54,559 nucleotides of DNA, taken from positions 1 through 54,559 of IMG/VR virus record IMGVR_UViG_3300045971_000096; one strand, given 5' to 3'. The notes beneath the pieces were generated by a model, which was given only the letters and a program-made list of their open reading frames with translations, was not told the DNA's origin and did not search any database. Shown here in pieces: positions 1-7,368 of this stretch. The translations under genes were made by a program, and so were the position numbers. The number at the start of each line of letters is the position of its first letter. The first letter of the stretch is position 1. The stretch is from a virus. Its lineage: Duplodnaviria > Caudoviricetes.

Positions 1-101
1 GTTGCTACGAAGAACAATGGAACTGTTGGCGCCGCCGCTGGGATGTAGAATGACTCATCAATAACGGTGACTGACACGCCTGGGGAAACAAGGGTTGCCA
101 T
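1..101 (-). CDS. gp18: Tail sheath protein, N-terminus (runs off the window edge)
   Basis: Manual translation from ATG at 101: MATLVSPGVSVTVIDESFYIPAAAPTVPLFFVA, the typical SPGV.V...D.S sheath start. GGAGA RBS and TAAATA upstream. Follows gp15. Confidence 0.88.
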   Translation of the reverse strand, partial: MATLVSPGVSVTVIDESFYIPAAAPTVPLFFVA

Positions 102-171
102 ATGAAAATTCTCCTTAATATATCGCTTAGACTTACCGTAGAATATTATTACAATGCGGTTTTCGTACTAG

Positions 172-177
172 TATTTA
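172..177 (-). promoter_or_regulatory. Late promoter TAAATA for tail sheath gene
   Basis: ATAAATA on minus strand about 70 nt upstream of sheath ATG; motif recurs before structural genes and matches the T4 gp55 core. Confidence 0.7.
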
Positions 178-218
178 TGTTTTAGTCGGGTTTTCGGGCC
201 CGAATACGCTTACTTTCT

Positions 219-965
219 TTATCCACCAACCACCATTGTGCCCCAAAGAGCACTGCTATCAAACGGAACCATATTGCCATTCTCGTCAAACTCATTAACC
301 TGAAACTTATCAAGGTCACCAAGCTTAATAACGATCTTTTTAACGACATCATCTTTAATATCAACAGGAGCAGAGATGTAAATTGGCATGTCAAATGATA
401 GAGACCATGTTATCATACGACGATCACCACCTGGAGGATAGTTTTCTTCATTGTTCAGGCCCACCAACTCAACTGATGCTATCTTAGTCCAGTCTAATGC
501 TGAATCTGACGTTTGGATTTGTAACACCGGATCAAACAGCATTAAAAGCTGCTCAAGGATTTGGTGCATTTGCTGCGTGTTGGATGCATATATCGAAAGT
601 TCTGTTGTCATGATATACGGGATAGGCATAACACGCGTAACAGTACGTAAGTCATTAGGATAGACTCCGCCTGCCGGTAGGAATGTTCTACGATCTACAA
701 TGCCAACACCTTTTCTATTTGGCGATAGTGCCAAGCTTGTCATGTTTGCTACCATAGCTGGTACAGAGAACGGTCTGTTCTGCGTATTGCCAGCTTGAAT
801 AGCAGCAACAACTCTATCTCTGCTACCAATAGAAATTGGAACAGTGATGAATTCTGGGACATCACATTCTCCTTTACCAGTTTGAACTTGCAACCCAGTA
901 AAGATATTACAGAATTGAAGAAGGTAACTTCTAAGTTGTCCTTCGTAGAAATAATTCGCTATCAT
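219..965 (-). CDS. gp15: Tail terminator / sheath stabilizer (T4 gp15-like)
   Basis: YFYEGQLR..LLQF..IF, VPISIG, PIPY....ELSIYA....QMHQILEQLLMLFDP; position between neck genes and sheath. Confidence 0.85.
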   Translation of the reverse strand: MIANYFYEGQLRSYLLQFCNIFTGLQVQTGKGECDVPEFITVPISIGSRDRVVAAIQAGNTQNRPFSVPAMVANMTSLALSPNRKGVGIVDRRTFLPAGGVYPNDLRTVTRVMPIPYIMTTELSIYASNTQQMHQILEQLLMLFDPVLQIQTSDSALDWTKIASVELVGLNNEENYPPGGDRRMITWSLSFDMPIYISAPVDIKDDVVKKIVIKLGDLDKFQVNEFDENGNMVPFDSSALWGTMVVGG

Positions 966-1690
966 TAATCGTCCTCATCAAATGAATGGGTAAGCTTTAC
1001 TGCACCTTTGTATTTAAGGACTTTAGTGTTGAACCAAGCTGTTGATTCAACATCCCAACCATAGGTGAAAGAATCAGAACCATACGAATACGTGTGACGA
1101 ACGCCATCGAAATGACGAGCCATTGTGTCCCATGGATAGTTGGTTCTCATTTGATCAGTGCCCCAATAGTTCTTAGCCCAGTCAGGAACTTCCTTGGTGA
1201 ACTTGTGGGCGAATTCAGCCCATTCATAGAACTGATCAAGATGAGATGCGCCAAGCACTAATGCAGAACTGTCAACTTCAAATAGGTAACCATAATCGGT
1301 CTGCCACTCTGGAAATGTTTTTTGTACAAATCTATACCAATCGCTGGTATATCCATCCCCGCTTTTAATAGCTGAAGATGTCCAGAAAGCGCCTGACGGC
1401 TTGCTATCACCTGCCCATGGACTCTCTTTAAATGATGTTAGAATCGGAATTGATTCTTCTTTAATTTCATCAGGGAACTGTTTCTTAATGTCCCGCCAAT
1501 CTCTATCGCGTTTACGTTCTAGCTCGCGCTTGGGGTCTCTACGTTTCGGCACAAAGAGCTGTGTGGCCATATTCTTTTCAGTACATGCACGTTGAATGTC
1601 CTTTAAGCGAGCATAGCCAGAGGAATAATCATCTGCCCATGAAGGCTCAACAACCTTCTTCTTTTCATAAAGAAAGTCTTTGAATCTCAT
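965..1690 (-). CDS. Putative capsid-packaged protein, ADP-ribosyltransferase-like fold
   Basis: N-terminus MRFKDFLYE resembles T4 capsid-targeting sequence; KPSGAFWTSS...FDGV...GWDVESTAWFN pattern; coupled to neighbours. Confidence 0.5.
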   Translation of the reverse strand: MRFKDFLYEKKKVVEPSWADDYSSGYARLKDIQRACTEKNMATQLFVPKRRDPKRELERKRDRDWRDIKKQFPDEIKEESIPILTSFKESPWAGDSKPSGAFWTSSAIKSGDGYTSDWYRFVQKTFPEWQTDYGYLFEVDSSALVLGASHLDQFYEWAEFAHKFTKEVPDWAKNYWGTDQMRTNYPWDTMARHFDGVRHTYSYGSDSFTYGWDVESTAWFNTKVLKYKGAVKLTHSFDEDD

Positions 1691-2583
1691 AATATAAAAT
1701 ACTTCACGTCTATTTTAAGAGCTGAGCAAAATTCCTGAAGCTCTTTGGTTGGCTTAGGCTGCATTCTAACTGCACAAAATTTACCATTGAACCAGATTTC
1801 TCTGTTGGTTGGAAATGGCTGACCTATTGTTTGGATTAAGAATCCATTCTCTCCAGGTGACATTAGAATATTGAGTGCATCAAATAAAGTTGGTGCATCT
1901 GTAGCATCCATCATCCCCGCATAATGCTTAAAGGCGCTCGTCTTTGTTTCTTCAATAGCCTTCTCGATCATAGGAAGAGTTATCTTCTTTAGACTGGGAA
2001 TGAAATTAGGAGTCTTCTTGCTGTTTGAAGCAGCAGCATTATCAAAGATAGCAGCAATCAATTGACCAACACCTCTAGCAATCCCAGTAGCATTGAGACC
2101 ACTACCAGCTGTTGGGCCCAAGCCAGAAATACCTTTCCACTTTCCTTGATGTATATCTGCTAATGGGCTAACAACTAACTTTGTTCCATTCTCTGGCAAA
2201 ATAACGTATGGGACTCCAGCATCACCATGAGTGTCACCAGCTTTTATCTTATCACTAGAGCAGATGAACGCTTTTTTGCGTGGTGCAATAGCGTTGATTT
2301 CTTTCCATGCAGGAAGAGCATCTAGTAATGAATGAAAATTGCCGCCATGATCTGAGTGAGCATCTCTAAAATCTTTTTCCTGATAACCATAATTGAAAAG
2401 GAATGCGCCTTTACCATGTGAGCCTAATCCTCTGTAAAGAACATGTCCATGTTCTAACTGTTTAACAGCATCAGTAAAATCATAGAGCTTCTTTTTTAAC
2501 CCGGCCAAGATAGCAGATGGGTGTCTATCCAAATACTCTGGTAGAGATTGCTCAGCTAGTAAAAATTCTTTGAAGCCTATCAT
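1687..2583 (-). CDS. Putative capsid-packaged protein, ART-like (R-S-E pattern)
   Basis: N-terminus MIGFKEFLLAE (CTS-like); LYRG...FICSS...G..YVILP...REIWF. Confidence 0.55.
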   Translation of the reverse strand: MIGFKEFLLAEQSLPEYLDRHPSAILAGLKKKLYDFTDAVKQLEHGHVLYRGLGSHGKGAFLFNYGYQEKDFRDAHSDHGGNFHSLLDALPAWKEINAIAPRKKAFICSSDKIKAGDTHGDAGVPYVILPENGTKLVVSPLADIHQGKWKGISGLGPTAGSGLNATGIARGVGQLIAAIFDNAAASNSKKTPNFIPSLKKITLPMIEKAIEETKTSAFKHYAGMMDATDAPTLFDALNILMSPGENGFLIQTIGQPFPTNREIWFNGKFCAVRMQPKPTKELQEFCSALKIDVKYFIL

Positions 2584-4481
2584 ACTGTCTTCTTGTTAAT
2601 GGATTGTTTTGTTGCAGACTGCAGAATGTTTCTTACAGAAGGTTTGTGCGAACTATAATCAGCTCGTCTATCTGTCTCTAAGTATAACCACTTGTTCTTC
2701 ACCATAGAGTATCTATACAGACGAGGCGCAATGTTTAAATGTGGTGCATAGTTAAGACGGAAAAAGTCACCATCATGCGCAGTGGTTAAATCTGGTAGTG
2801 CATAACCCTCACCATATGGTTCGCCACCCTTTGGTAAACCATCTTCAATGTATCCATTGAGTGTGCCATGTGGTCCTTGAGGTGGAGGATTGCCCTTAGG
2901 TGTTGAGGATTGCGGCTTGACAGGATATGGAACTGGTCCCATAGTAGTCCCATCATCTGAACCACGTTCTGGAACTGCATCTGCAGCTTCCTTCATTATC
3001 TCTTCCATCGAGGCAAGTGGCATGACATCTATCTGGTCTGCTACACCATTATTAAGAACTGAGTCAGCAATAAGATACTTCTGTGAATCAATAGTACCAA
3101 AGATGTCTCTATTTTCTTGTGAAGGTGTTGCTTGAGATGCAGAGAATCTGTATACTGTTGGGCGCCATGTAGTGCTGAACCCTTCTGATGCCCAACCAGT
3201 ATCAGTAACTTCCAAGAACTTTCTAACTGGTTTCAGGTTATGATCGTATTGCATTTCAGGAATGACTTCAACGATATCACCTACAATAATTGGTCTACCT
3301 AACTGCTGAACCATGGTCACGAATGACACAGTGAACGAGTATGAGTCAAGGATACTGAGACCGAATCTGCTAAGGTCAGACATTGAATCTGCAGGAGAGT
3401 ACTGCATCTTCATTAGAATAGGTTCAACACTATAATCACGATCTCTATTCTCATTAAAGAATAGGTCTTGAATATTATTAATATCTGTGGGCGCTGAATC
3501 TAGTACGTCCAATGCAAGCACTTCCCAATTTCCTGAACCTTGAAATAAGGTAGGAACTATACGTACTGCTTTTACTGTTAATGGAGTCTTAAAGCCCAAT
3601 GTTTGAGGAAGCGGGGATTGAACAAGATTAAATATGCCAATGCGTTTCCATACATAATTGACAGCAATAGTAAACATGTCACCGATAGCAAATGGAGCAA
3701 CTCCCTGCTCAAGGGTAACATTAATGATAGTGCTTAAAAATGGTACGCCTACGAATGCATTATTAAGCTGCAGAGTGCTTCCATCTGGCATTGATGCATG
3801 AACAGTAAATGCTGATGAAGATATAGCTACAATAGAAACAGTACATCTAGTAGCATTGGGACCAAATCCATTAAATGATATAGAACCATTACCTAAACCT
3901 GAATAAAGCGGATCAATAACCTCACATGATCCATCTGCAATTTCTACCTTGACCTGTCTAGCAAATTCATTGGGCGTATTCGCCTGTGTGATTTGTAATG
4001 CACCGACTTTAGTCCATTTAGCTTTCTCTGGAGCGTACTCGGTTCTTAGATTAACTAATCGTTTGATGCCAAAATCTATGCCAACATAAGCATTTGCAGC
4101 AACCGCTGCACCCGTTTGGAAAGATTTCCAAGAGGTGCTATTAATACCAGTTATCGGGAATCCAGGATAAGCCATAGATGCTATCACTGAACCTTCAGAT
4201 AAAATAGATCCGGTTCCTTGCTCGTGTACGCCTAATAACTTGTAAAGATTTATTGGGGCTCCAGATATACGAAGAGCTTCGGCTACGTAAGTTTCTTGTC
4301 TAAGCTGATCATTCTGCTCGCATAGATCCGGGTTAATGCTATTTAATTCCCATTCGCCTGACGGAAGACTTGGAGCTATATAAGGAGCAAGCGCAGGGTT
4401 ATTTAGTCCAGTTTGAACAGCTGAACCATTTGGATTGTTGATGCTGCCTGCACCATTTTCGCAAGGTAGTGTCTGTGGCAT
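2580..4481 (-). CDS. gp14: Neck / head-closure protein (gp14-like) with large insertion
   Basis: NIQDLFFNENRDRDY, DLSRFGL, LGRPIIVGDIVE motifs; directly downstream of gp13-like gene. Confidence 0.75.
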   Translation of the reverse strand: MPQTLPCENGAGSINNPNGSAVQTGLNNPALAPYIAPSLPSGEWELNSINPDLCEQNDQLRQETYVAEALRISGAPINLYKLLGVHEQGTGSILSEGSVIASMAYPGFPITGINSTSWKSFQTGAAVAANAYVGIDFGIKRLVNLRTEYAPEKAKWTKVGALQITQANTPNEFARQVKVEIADGSCEVIDPLYSGLGNGSISFNGFGPNATRCTVSIVAISSSAFTVHASMPDGSTLQLNNAFVGVPFLSTIINVTLEQGVAPFAIGDMFTIAVNYVWKRIGIFNLVQSPLPQTLGFKTPLTVKAVRIVPTLFQGSGNWEVLALDVLDSAPTDINNIQDLFFNENRDRDYSVEPILMKMQYSPADSMSDLSRFGLSILDSYSFTVSFVTMVQQLGRPIIVGDIVEVIPEMQYDHNLKPVRKFLEVTDTGWASEGFSTTWRPTVYRFSASQATPSQENRDIFGTIDSQKYLIADSVLNNGVADQIDVMPLASMEEIMKEAADAVPERGSDDGTTMGPVPYPVKPQSSTPKGNPPPQGPHGTLNGYIEDGLPKGGEPYGEGYALPDLTTAHDGDFFRLNYAPHLNIAPRLYRYSMVKNKWLYLETDRRADYSSHKPSVRNILQSATKQSINKKTV

Positions 4482-4485
4482 CTGG

Positions 4486-6363
4486 CTATCCGATCATGAA
4501 GGCCGTATTGCCGAAGTTTACACCACCATTACCAGCTTCATAGTCGGTAATCTGACGTAGTAGTTCATTCTGGAGTTCTGTTGCCATATTTAGCAGTGTA
4601 TCACCATTCAGCGTAATACCGCCATTAGGGCCAGGCAAATTGCCATACTTAGAACGAATCATACCCAGCATTTCCAATGCTTCAGATTGAGCCCAACCTT
4701 GAAGCCATTGCTTAGCCCATCTGTCAAGAAGTAATTCTTGCTCAGTGCGCTCCATAACTACTTCAAGGATAACACGTTCTTGTTCTAGCGAGATGTTGCG
4801 CAAGATAATGAGCTGACGCGATGCTTCATCCCAGGTGAAGACTAAATTACCAGCAAAGATTTTCTCGTAAGTTTCTGCTAGCTGAGACATTAAATGAATT
4901 GATAATACATCAACATTTGAGCCTTGATACAATTGATTAAAGAATGCTTGGGCATACAATCCATTCTCTGCAGACAAAGAACTAATGCCTAACATGTTAA
5001 CTCGATGTATTTTTAACACGTTTACAATTTTGTCTGTCTTATCACGAGGATCATTTAGATAATATGTGCTCTGACCACGCTTGAGTGTAAATGCAATATG
5101 ACGGTGCAAATAAGCATTATCGGCGCGACGTCTAAATTCATCTAAAGAATTGTCAATGGCTACGTTGAATTGTTCTTCTGAGAGCTCAACACATAAAGCT
5201 GGCCACCCAAGCTGATGTTTTAAAACCTTAATAAGTCTTAAACGCTCGTCATATGAGCCATCTGTACCAACACCAATTTTATCGGTTGTAGGTGCACCCT
5301 CATTATCAGTATCAGCTTTTAACCAATTATCACCAGTCCACACCATTAGGTCGCGTGTGCTTTGCTGATAAAAGAAATCTCCTATACTAGGAACACTTAT
5401 ATCAGCTGAGCCAGCGATTGTTCCACTTGGAACAATATTCTGCCATGTTGCAGCTGGCGTTCCAGGTATCAATACTCTTACTAAATCCGAGGCTGGTAAA
5501 TACCATGACCCTAAAGAATAAAATTTAATTACACTTTGCTGAATAGTACTAGCACTAGTTCTAAGCGTCAAGTAAATAAAATCGCCTATTGCTGGTGTTA
5601 TGGGGAGAGTACCGGTAACAGAAACACTATTGAATGGAGCCCATGCCGCGCCCATTTTTACTTGCGTGTTCGTAGAGTCGCAAATGGTCCAAGATGTACC
5701 ATTAAAATACTTTAACGCTTGTTCAGAAGTATTAAAGAAAATCTGGTTTTTTACAATGGGAAGAAGCTCGCCAACTGGAACAGTGTTTTGAGTACCTTGT
5801 ACCCAAGCGCCCATCGTTTCATTCCATACTTGAACAATATTTGACAATGGGTCAAAGTAAGCTTGACCATTTGTTGGATTAGATGGAGGGACTAGTCCTG
5901 TCGGAATAGAGCCTGCATATGTCTCTGATTGTTTTTCGAAACGAGATGATTCTAACGGATAGGACTGATTGCCAACTGTATAATACTGCAGTACATTAGA
6001 TGCGGCGTGAATAGACGCATAATACAGCTTAGTCGGATCGATGTTGGTAACATCTACTGTCTTCGTAGTTATCGGGTCACCGAAGAATCCATAAAAAGCT
6101 GCTACTACTTGAGCTGTGTTTATCGTATCAGCAGGTGATGCCCAGTTTGAAGATGCAGTGTAGCGTGTTCCATCGACTGGAAAATGGATAGAAGAAAACC
6201 GTGATTCCGATAAAAGAACAACGGCACCATCGTATGCTTGAGGCACAGAAGGCAAATCCCACGACAGTCTAAGTGTAGTAGGATTGACTTTAGTCGCCGT
6301 AATGTTTAGTGAGCGGCCCTCAACCCATAGTTCATGGGTGGTTAACTGAATCGAATCTGACAT
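4486..6363 (-). CDS. gp13: Neck / head-tail adaptor (gp13-like C-terminal domain) with ~370-aa N-terminal extension
   Basis: LGWPALCVELSEEQFNVAIDNSL and LGMIRSKYGNLPGPNGGITLNGDTL are gp13 hallmarks. Confidence 0.85.
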   Translation of the reverse strand: MSDSIQLTTHELWVEGRSLNITATKVNPTTLRLSWDLPSVPQAYDGAVVLLSESRFSSIHFPVDGTRYTASSNWASPADTINTAQVVAAFYGFFGDPITTKTVDVTNIDPTKLYYASIHAASNVLQYYTVGNQSYPLESSRFEKQSETYAGSIPTGLVPPSNPTNGQAYFDPLSNIVQVWNETMGAWVQGTQNTVPVGELLPIVKNQIFFNTSEQALKYFNGTSWTICDSTNTQVKMGAAWAPFNSVSVTGTLPITPAIGDFIYLTLRTSASTIQQSVIKFYSLGSWYLPASDLVRVLIPGTPAATWQNIVPSGTIAGSADISVPSIGDFFYQQSTRDLMVWTGDNWLKADTDNEGAPTTDKIGVGTDGSYDERLRLIKVLKHQLGWPALCVELSEEQFNVAIDNSLDEFRRRADNAYLHRHIAFTLKRGQSTYYLNDPRDKTDKIVNVLKIHRVNMLGISSLSAENGLYAQAFFNQLYQGSNVDVLSIHLMSQLAETYEKIFAGNLVFTWDEASRQLIILRNISLEQERVILEVVMERTEQELLLDRWAKQWLQGWAQSEALEMLGMIRSKYGNLPGPNGGITLNGDTLLNMATELQNELLRQITDYEAGNGGVNFGNTAFMIG

Positions 6364-6396
6364 TAACGTATCCTGACAACATAAAATGATATTACA

Positions 6397-6402
6397 TATT
6401 TA
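6397..6402 (-). promoter_or_regulatory. Late promoter TAAATA for gp13-gp14-gp15 operon
   Basis: ATAAATA about 34 nt upstream of gp13 ATG. Confidence 0.7.
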
Positions 6403-6434
6403 TGCTATCTGGAAAGTTTTAGTCGTTCAATCAG

Positions 6435-6440
6435 TAAATA
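6435..6440 (+). promoter_or_regulatory. Late promoter TAAATA for LysM-like ORF
   Basis: TAAATA followed by GGAGA RBS and ATG at 6463. Confidence 0.65.
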
Positions 6441-6462
6441 GACTATCAATCGGAGATAAGAA

Positions 6463-6687
6463 ATGAAAATCAGCAAACGTATACAAGCCAAATCACATAT
6501 GTTTATGCCAGGCGATACAGTGCAAGCAGTTGTCAAAAAGTTCAACTTGCATGATGTTACTAAAGAAGAAATGTGTCAACTAATCGATCAGTTTAAGGAT
6601 ATAAACCCACCATTAGTTCTTAAGCCAGGGATAAATGCCTTAATCCCAATCTTAGATAGACATCAAGATAAAGTCTTTACCCATTGA
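6463..6687 (+). CDS. Small LysM-like domain protein
   Basis: H.FMPGDTVQAVVKKFN...FKDINP..VLKPG...LIP matches the LysM pattern; good RBS. Confidence 0.55.
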   Translation: MKISKRIQAKSHMFMPGDTVQAVVKKFNLHDVTKEEMCQLIDQFKDINPPLVLKPGINALIPILDRHQDKVFTH

Positions 6688-6889
6688 GATAATCAGCTAG
6701 AGTGTCAATATAAGCTTCTAGCTCTACTTTCCTGCTAGTCATGGTAGATAGAGCCATACTGACTGCAGCAGCACCATGATTACGTGAATGTCGATTAAAA
6801 TCTTCGCCCCGTAATCTTGCTATGCTTGCTGATACTAGCTTGTGCTCAGCAATAAGCTTCTCCAGATACTCTTGGGAGAAATGATTCAT
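6677..6889 (-). CDS. Hypothetical small helical protein (probable start MNHFSQ at 6889)
   Basis: AAGGA RBS before ATG 6889; own sigma70/T4-early-type promoter. ORF track starts at 6931. Confidence 0.6.
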   Translation of the reverse strand: MNHFSQEYLEKLIAEHKLVSASIARLRGEDFNRHSRNHGAAAVSMALSTMTSRKVELEAYIDTLADYLNG

Positions 6890-6910
6890 ATGTTTTTCCT
6901 TAGGTTTCGG

Positions 6911-6960
6911 CTTACGCCACCATTTTAGCATTATTCATTATAATCTAATGGTGGCGTAAG
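6911..6960. repeat. Perfect 14-bp inverted repeat
   Basis: CTTACGCCACCATT (6911-6924) and AATGGTGGCGTAAG (6947-6960). Confidence 0.9.
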
Positions 6961-6965
6961 TAAAC
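6937..6965 (-). promoter_or_regulatory. Early-type promoter GTTTAC-N17-TATAAT
   Basis: Minus strand reads GTTTAC TTACGCCACCATTAGAT TATAAT; GTTTAC is the T4 early -35 consensus. Confidence 0.7.
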
Positions 6966-6971
6966 TTGAGC

Positions 6972-7367
6972 TTAGAAGAAGTCTGATAATTTATCGTCGT
7001 TTCGATCTTCAGTTAATTTTTCTATTCTTCTGCGTTCTCTGTATAAGGATAGAATAAAGTAGCTGTTTAGAAACATGTAGAAGCCAACCAAGAAGTCATA
7101 TGATAGCCAATCGTGACTTTCAAAATCTTTACCCTGTGTTATGATGTAAAAAATTCTGAACGTAAAGAAACATGCTGTGAGTATCGAAATACCTGCGACA
7201 ATATATCCATTACGAATAACTTTTGGATTCAACTCAGCATCAAACTTTATGGATATGTAGTCTGGGTAATGAAGCAGAAAAGGCAGCATGATCAATCCAC
7301 CTACTAATGATAGCAGTCCTGAAAAGAAGGACACTGCTAAATCAGCAAAAATCATTTCCATTGTCAT
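6972..7367 (-). CDS. Membrane protein with about 3 TM helices (holin-like candidate)
   Basis: Three hydrophobic stretches and a highly charged C-terminus; starts 1 nt after the upstream late gene. Confidence 0.55.
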   Translation of the reverse strand: MTMEMIFADLAVSFFSGLLSLVGGLIMLPFLLHYPDYISIKFDAELNPKVIRNGYIVAGISILTACFFTFRIFYIITQGKDFESHDWLSYDFLVGFYMFLNSYFILSLYRERRRIEKLTEDRNDDKLSDFF

Positions 7368-7368
7368 A

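Noticed and set aside
186-205. GC-rich hairpin after gp15 as a terminator
   Set aside because: No U-tract on the coding (minus) strand; role unclear
6890-6931. Longer start MLKWWRKPKP for the small ORF
   Set aside because: That ATG lies ~6 nt from the -10 box with no RBS; AAGGA precedes ATG 6889. A leaderless start is not fully excluded.
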